DNA of 64,000 bases from Sedimentisphaerales bacterium (GTDB taxonomy: Bacteria; Planctomycetota; Phycisphaerae; Sedimentisphaerales; SM23-30). Below the pieces are notes generated by a model. It did no database searches, was not told the origin of the DNA, and worked only from the letters and a program-made list of their open reading frames with translations. The DNA lies in NCBI GenBank assembly GCA_963666285.1, contig OY762711.1. One strand, given 5' to 3'. Below, in pieces: positions 58,206-64,000 of this stretch (positions within the stretch are counted from its first letter, which is position 1; every line of letters starts with the position of its first letter). The translations under genes were made by a program, and so were the position numbers.

Positions 58206-59128
58206 GACTACTCCTATTCTTTAGTGGTTTGCGTAAACAGTTTTTTCAATAACATTCCTTTGATTATTACTTATTTATGATGTTTTTTCCCTGTTAGTTC
58301 AAATGGAAAAAGCTTCTCTACAGTACCTTTATTGTTCTCTGTGTTTGATGAATTTGTATAACTGCTGTGAGGTAAAATAATGAATGTTAAGTGGTATATT
58401 CCCCCGACTTCGTATTATGAATTCTTTTTAGCGAATAGATTAACATTATAGAGTCTGGGGCTGTTATTATTGCTGAAGTATTTACTTAATTATCACTTGC
58501 TGTTCACTAAGATATATCATTGCATTTTACTTGAAATATCTCCTGTACAATTCATTTCCTATACATAAATAATTATATTGATATCTCATTTATTTTCAAT
58601 ATTTTATTGCATCAATTTGTGATAAAATGAGATCGTTATCACTCGTATTTTATAAGCTGTGACAATCGTCAGGATATGTTTTTTTATTGCATCTTGAATT
58701 AAGTCATAACCTGAGGCGATAGTGACAAATTTTTCCGCTTAAATTGGTCCTGTACCGGTCTTATACGAGTGATATTATTCAGTCAGATGAGCAAAACCGC
58801 ACAGAAATATGAAATTGTATTTTGACGATTGGTTAATTAAACAAATACTATTCGTTTTTGAAGCCAGAATAATGCAAGCCTTTTGGAATATACTGCAATG
58901 TTTTCCTTCCTGTTTTTCCTGTTATGTATTTGTCTGAATTGCTGATTTGGTCTATTGCAAACATCACCAATTAGCGATTTGATATAAGTATATTTTCTGC
59001 AATTATTTAATATATGATTTTTTGTTCTCAAAAATGTTGAAATCATCACTTTTTACTGGTATGATGTAATTAAATAATTTAGAATGATTATTTGTAGGAG
59101 GATAATTATTTCTTGGTAGTTTTACCTG

Positions 59129-59302
59129 AGTTAACTTTCGATGTTTTTAAGTTGCATGAATAGCCTAAAAGAGCCTTTCTGCAACACTTTGAATTAAATA
59201 TGATTTCGAGATCTAGCTCAAAAACACAATTAAATGTATAGTTTCTCATTTACATGGCCCTTTTACGGCCTTTGCGTATAATGTTGAATATGAATAGTGC
59301 GA
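59129..59302. repeat. Copy B of the dispersed non-coding element (copy A at 18233-18433)
   Basis: First 29 nt match copy A at 25 positions; further shared blocks in the same order and orientation. Confidence 0.8.
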
Positions 59303-59412
59303 ACTGTATCCTGAGTTATGTGAATTGTAAATTTCGGCTTTATTGTTTGCATCTTGTTTACTGAAATAATTATTTAAGTTTTGTTGTTTTAATATTGAAG
59401 GTTAATCTAAAA

Positions 59413-60834
59413 ATGGTGTTTTCAGGAAAGATATCTATATTTTTGTTTTTTGTTGCTACTGCTGTCCAGGCATCAATTTCTTTACCTGTAATGTTCAAAG
59501 ATGGCATGGTTTTCCAGAGAGATGCACAAGTTGCTATCTGGGGGCAGGCCGATGCCGGTGAGGCTGTTCAAATTCAGTTTGGCCCACAAAAAGCCAGTGC
59601 AATCACCTCTGATGATGGTAATTGGCAGGTTGATCTGAAGGCTATGCCGGCAGGCGGACCTTATGAATTGGCCATCGCTGGAACAAACGAAAAAATAACT
59701 CTCAATGATGTATTTTTGGGTGATGTCTGGGTCTTTAGTGGTCAGTCAAACATGCAGGTTTCGTTTAAATATTTCCTCGATCTTGATAATATAGACGAAA
59801 AGTACAACAGTCGTTTCAGAAATGATCTCAAAAATTGCGATCAGGACAGGCTCGTCCGAAACTATATGGTTGCTACCAGGGATTTTAGACGCGAAACTAT
59901 CAGAAATTCTGCTGAAAACAAATGGGTATGCTGTGACCGGGATAATATTCAGCATTGTAACCCGGTTGCCTATTATTTCGCTCGGGAGGTATCCCAGCGG
60001 ACTGGTGTTATGACTGCCTCGATTAGAATTGCCTGGGGCGGTACTCATATAGAGAAGTTCTACAGGGGCGGATATGTATATGAAAATATGCTCAAGCCTT
60101 GGGCGAAATACAGGATTAAAGGAGTTATCTGGTACCAGGGGGAAAACAATCTCCATAAAGATGGTGACAGATTTGCATATGCCCTTAAGTTGCAATTATT
60201 GATCAGGGATTACAGGGAACTTTGGAATAATTCGGCATTACCGTTTTATATTGTTCAGCTTCCGCCTGCGGATTATGCTTCAAAACGGTTTAACGACGAA
60301 AATAGTCAGTCTGTTTTTCTGGAAGCTCAGCGGCAGGCACTGGCAATTCCTTTTACCTCAATGGCGGTAGCTTCTGATTTAGGTATGGCTAATGGTTTGC
60401 ATCAGCCGCAGAAATACGAATTGGCCGTGCGGCTGGCAAATCTTGCTTATGCTAATGTCTATAACTATCAGGATTATATTCCTGCCGGACCGCAGTTTAA
60501 AAATATGCAGGTAGAAAATGACAGGATAATTGTAAATTTTGAAACTTTTGGTTCTGATCTTACCACGAATGATGGTAAGGAACCGCGTTTCTTTGAGATT
60601 ATGCCCGTTGGGAAAAATAAGGAATTTCTTCCGGCCAAAGCCAGAATTGATGGCAATAGTGTTATTGTATGGAATGATGATATCGACAGGCCCTACGATG
60701 TTAGATTTGCTTTCAGGCAAAACGAGTTGATGAATATTAACCTTGTCAATACTGAAGGGGTGCCTGCGGCTGTCTTCTGGGCCAGGGCTCCGCAGCAGCT
60801 GCATCCTGGCATCTTGGCCGACATGAAAAAATAG
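59413..60834 (+). CDS. SASA/sialate O-acetylesterase-like carbohydrate esterase (divergent)
   Basis: DGMVFQRD, GDVWVFSGQSNM, IKGVIWYQGENN, PFYIVQLP, GLHQPQK; ATG 59413 (track TTG 59395). Confidence 0.85.
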   Translation: MVFSGKISIFLFFVATAVQASISLPVMFKDGMVFQRDAQVAIWGQADAGEAVQIQFGPQKASAITSDDGNWQVDLKAMPAGGPYELAIAGTNEKITLNDVFLGDVWVFSGQSNMQVSFKYFLDLDNIDEKYNSRFRNDLKNCDQDRLVRNYMVATRDFRRETIRNSAENKWVCCDRDNIQHCNPVAYYFAREVSQRTGVMTASIRIAWGGTHIEKFYRGGYVYENMLKPWAKYRIKGVIWYQGENNLHKDGDRFAYALKLQLLIRDYRELWNNSALPFYIVQLPPADYASKRFNDENSQSVFLEAQRQALAIPFTSMAVASDLGMANGLHQPQKYELAVRLANLAYANVYNYQDYIPAGPQFKNMQVENDRIIVNFETFGSDLTTNDGKEPRFFEIMPVGKNKEFLPAKARIDGNSVIVWNDDIDRPYDVRFAFRQNELMNINLVNTEGVPAAVFWARAPQQLHPGILADMKK

Positions 60835-60920
60835 AAGAAATGTGGACTGGTAAATGGAACTGTCATATTGCGTGTATTATAGTTCCAGGATTTTAACTTT
60901 TTTTATCTGTGGATGACAAT

Positions 60921-62090
60921 ATGAAAAGAATCATGATTATTGTAGACACCTCCCGAGTATCAGGAAGGAAATTTCTTGTTGGTGCCGAAAAATACATTTC
61001 TGTCAGGGCTGATTGGGAAGTTTATATTAAATCTCCTTCCTATTTGAGAAGTGATCAATCCTACAGCCTTCTAAATATTCCGTTGGATAACCTTGATGGA
61101 TTATTGATTAGAGATGCTGTTGATTCTGATCATATAACAAATATCAATGTGCCAAAAGTGGTTAACGATACCCAGCGGGAAATCATACCTGGCACCTCTA
61201 CTATCGTAACAGACTCGTATGAAATTGGCGAATCTGCGGCAGAATACTTCTTAAACCTTGGGTTCGAAAATTTCGCCTATTGCGGTTTTGGAGATATAGC
61301 ATGGTCCAAAAAGAGATATCAGGGTTTCAGTGACTACATTATGAAACATGGTATTCAGTCTGTTTCTGATTTCAGCTATAAATACAATGATGATCTCAAG
61401 GGCGGTTATGAAGTTCAGGAAATGCAGGAGAGAATGGAGATGGCTCAGTGGCTCAAATCTCTGCCTCGTCCGCTTTGTGTCTTTGCCTGCAATGATGACA
61501 GGGCTATCTCGGTTTTAGAGGTGTGTAAGACAAGCGGTATTTGTGTGCCTGAAGAGGTGGCGGTTCTTGGTGTGGATAATGACGATTTAATGTGTAACCT
61601 TTCTTCACCTTCTTTATCAAGCATCGAATTGGACTTTGAAAGAGCAGGTTTTTCTGCTGCTCAGCATCTGAATGAGTTAATTAATGGGAAATCAGGCAAT
61701 AAGACTATTCATGTCGCCGGCATAGAGATTATCAAACGGCAGTCGACTGATGTATTGGCGATAAACGATGAAGAAGTGGTTGCAGCCTTACGCTATATCA
61801 GGAACAATTTCCATAAGCTTATTCTTGCTACTGATGTTGTCAATGCAACCTGCCTGTCGAGAAGAGAGCTTGAACGACGCTTCAAAAAATATCTTAAACG
61901 GTCAATCAAAAGTGAAATTGAGAGACTTAGGATTGAGATGATCAGGAATATGCTGCTTAAAACTACTGCTCCTGTTTATCAGATAGCCAGTGAACTTGAG
62001 TTTACTGATCCGGTACATTTCTCCAGGTATTTCAAAAATGCTACAGGCATGACTCCGTCACAAATGCGCAAAAATTTTGAATCTAAATAA
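60921..62090 (+). CDS. XylR-type transcriptional regulator (LacI-like sensor + AraC HTH)
   Basis: LPRPLCVFACNDDRA, VPEEVAVLGVDND, LSSIELD, RQSTD, LSRRELERRFK, FSRYFK..GMTP; ATG 60921 (track GTG 60909). Confidence 0.92.
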   Translation: MKRIMIIVDTSRVSGRKFLVGAEKYISVRADWEVYIKSPSYLRSDQSYSLLNIPLDNLDGLLIRDAVDSDHITNINVPKVVNDTQREIIPGTSTIVTDSYEIGESAAEYFLNLGFENFAYCGFGDIAWSKKRYQGFSDYIMKHGIQSVSDFSYKYNDDLKGGYEVQEMQERMEMAQWLKSLPRPLCVFACNDDRAISVLEVCKTSGICVPEEVAVLGVDNDDLMCNLSSPSLSSIELDFERAGFSAAQHLNELINGKSGNKTIHVAGIEIIKRQSTDVLAINDEEVVAALRYIRNNFHKLILATDVVNATCLSRRELERRFKKYLKRSIKSEIERLRIEMIRNMLLKTTAPVYQIASELEFTDPVHFSRYFKNATGMTPSQMRKNFESK

Positions 62091-62285
62091 TCTGATTGAA
62101 TTTGTTAACAGCGATATTGTGGATAGAAATTGTCGTTTTTTTTGTGTTTTTTAACGTATCACTGGCCATTTTTTATCTTTTTAGCGTGATTTTCAATCAA
62201 TTAATCCTCGCTTATGGGTTCTAAACCGGACCAATTGCATTCTTGGATAGGTTTATTTTTTACGATTTTTCCACATATTTTACTT

Positions 62286-62349
62286 GTCGCAAACTGGTGA
62301 TATAAAAGCGCGAAATGGTCTTCCTTGCCTCGGTGTTCTAGGGTATAAT
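62286..62349 (+). promoter_or_regulatory. Candidate activator-dependent promoter of the GH51 gene
   Basis: GTCGCAAACT (62286) and AGCGCGAAAT (62307), 21-bp period, next to a weak -35 (TTCCTT 62321) and a perfect TATAAT (62344) at 17-bp spacing. Confidence 0.55.
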
Positions 62350-62513
62350 TAGATATCAACTTTAATATATAAGTTCGCTTTTACACATTACTTACGTGTC
62401 AAACGGTCATCATGACCTAAATTATTATAATACAGGCGATATTCTATATTATTCAGAAGTTACTTTTTGTGAATTAATTCCCTCTGAATGATGTTTGATT
62501 AACTCGAAAAACT

Positions 62514-64000
62514 ATGATTAGAAATTTAAGCACTATAATAAATCTTAAGCTTCTTTCTCTGGCTCTTGCTATGTCAATTGGCATTTTGAATGTTTCTCTT
62601 GCAGGCGACGGGGCAGATATTGATTTGACTGTAGATTTAGATCGGCCTTTACATTCTGTTAGCCCCTTACTTTATGGCTTGTTCTTTGAAGATATTAACT
62701 TTGCCGCTGACGGCGGCTTGTACGCCGAGCAGGTTCAAAATCGGTCTTTTGAGTTCGACGAAGCTCTTTTTGGCTGGGAAATCACCAGGGATGCCGGCTG
62801 TCGGGTTGAAGTCACAGACATTGAACCTCTAAATACCGTTAATATTCATTACCTGAGCCTCTCTATTGCCAATAAAAATGATGTTTTGATCAAAAATTCA
62901 GGTTTTGGTGGTATTGTAACCCAAAAAGGTTTAAGCTTTAATTTCTCCTTTTATGCCAGGGCCAATAACACTTTTCTAGGTAATATTTCAGTTAATCTGG
63001 TTGATAGAAATGGCGATAATATCGGTAGTGTTCAAATAGGTAAAAAACTTTCTGCGAATTGGGAAAGATATACCGGCACTATCACAGCTGAGGCAGATGA
63101 GAATCTTGCCGGTTTGGTTTTGCTGGTTAATGGAATAGGTAATTTAGAATTTGATATGATATCTTTATTCCCGTCAAATACCTGGAGGTCTCAGGATAAC
63201 GGTCTAAGGGCGGATCTTGTACAAATGCTCTACGATCTGAAACCTGGATTCTTCCGCTTCCCCGGTGGTTGTGTTGTTGAAGGGTATGATCTTACAAATT
63301 CTTATAACTGGAAAAATTCTATCGGTAATATCTCTGCGAGAAAAGTAAACTGGAATAGGTGGCGTAGCTGGAACAGGCCGCCGCAATACTATCAATCGTT
63401 AGGGCTCGGGTTTTACGAATATTTTCGTCTAAGCGAAGATATTGGGGCCGAGCCGCTGCCGATTATAAATTGTGGTATGGCCTGCCAGTATGAAACAGGG
63501 CAGCTTGTACCTTTGGATCAGCTTGATCCTTATGTGCAAGATGCGCTGGATCTTATCGAGTTTGCTAATGGCCCTGCTGACAGTACCTGGGGGGCAAAGA
63601 GAGCTGAGGCCGGTCACCCGGAACCATTCAATCTCAAGTATATTGGTGTTGGTAACGAACAGTGGGGCGAGGAATATTTTAAGAGATACGATATCTTCTA
63701 CAAGGCTATTAAATCTGCCTATCCTGATATGAACATTATTTCTACTTCCGGTCCTTCTTCCGATGGGAAATGGTATGACCTGGCATGGAATAAGTTTAAA
63801 TCTGGCACACCCGCTGATTTGGTTGATGAGCATTATTATCGTTCTCCAGGATGGTTCCTGCAAAATGATAACCGGTACGATTCTTATGATCGCACCGGGC
63901 CCAAAGTATTTGCTGGTGAGTATGCTGCTCATGGTAATGGAAAAAGAAATACTTTGTACACGGCTATCACCGAAGCGGCATTTATGACCGGCCTTGAACG
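62514..64000 (+). CDS. GH51 alpha-L-arabinofuranosidase, 3'-truncated by the window edge (absent from the ORF track)
   Basis: Manual translation from ATG 62514: signal peptide, then SPLLYGLFFEDINFAADGGLYAEQVQNRSFE, FRFPGGCVVEG, GVGNEQWG, DEHYY, FAGEYA; no stop seen before the end. Confidence 0.92.
   Translation, partial: MIRNLSTIINLKLLSLALAMSIGILNVSLAGDGADIDLTVDLDRPLHSVSPLLYGLFFEDINFAADGGLYAEQVQNRSFEFDEALFGWEITRDAGCRVEVTDIEPLNTVNIHYLSLSIANKNDVLIKNSGFGGIVTQKGLSFNFSFYARANNTFLGNISVNLVDRNGDNIGSVQIGKKLSANWERYTGTITAEADENLAGLVLLVNGIGNLEFDMISLFPSNTWRSQDNGLRADLVQMLYDLKPGFFRFPGGCVVEGYDLTNSYNWKNSIGNISARKVNWNRWRSWNRPPQYYQSLGLGFYEYFRLSEDIGAEPLPIINCGMACQYETGQLVPLDQLDPYVQDALDLIEFANGPADSTWGAKRAEAGHPEPFNLKYIGVGNEQWGEEYFKRYDIFYKAIKSAYPDMNIISTSGPSSDGKWYDLAWNKFKSGTPADLVDEHYYRSPGWFLQNDNRYDSYDRTGPKVFAGEYAAHGNGKRNTLYTAITEAAFMTGLE

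Noticed and set aside
58837..59049. 70-aa minus-strand ORF in the long spacer
   Set aside because: AT-rich, no RBS and no recognisable similarity in the frames I translated
59271..59298. dif-like site TTTGCGTATAA-TGTTGA-ATATGAATAGT
   Set aside because: The XerC-like arm is plausible, but the XerD arm matches TTATGTTAAAT at only 6 of 11 positions and is not kept in copy A
1..64000. tRNA, rRNA, transposase, integrase, phage or defence genes
   Set aside because: No supporting motifs seen; a covariance-model scan would be needed to exclude small RNAs and riboswitches

Overview
A 64 kb pectin (homogalacturonan + rhamnogalacturonan) degradation island with about 27 genes. It encodes GH78 x2, GH127, GH43, GH28 x3, GH105 x2, GH106, a partial GH51, PL1 x3, PL10, PL11, CE8, CE12, an alpha/beta esterase and two SASA-type esterases. 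It also holds two large unassigned glycosidase-like proteins, a sodium:solute symporter, two XylR-type (LacI-like sensor + AraC) regulators and an ECF sigma/FecR anti-sigma pair followed by a LamG protein and a PEP-CTERM protein. There is no SusC/SusD, no rRNA/tRNA, no transposase and no CRISPR array. The gene content suggests a planctomycete, probably Phycisphaerae/Sedimentisphaerales-like (inference). Most notable: (1) six secreted proteins carry a dockerin-like Ca-binding motif, paired in enzymes and single in two non-catalytic proteins, suggesting a cellulosome-like pectin complex; (2) one ~190-aa domain is duplicated onto two different anchors; (3) a ~175-200 bp non-coding element with internal inverted repeats occurs twice, 41 kb apart; (4) a TGCGCGAAAT operator-like motif lies upstream of four transcription units; (5) a tandem array of hairpin repeats lies at the window start; (6) a frameshifted GH2 relic and a GH51 gene are missing from the ORF track. 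All family calls come from motif recognition by eye, not from database searches.
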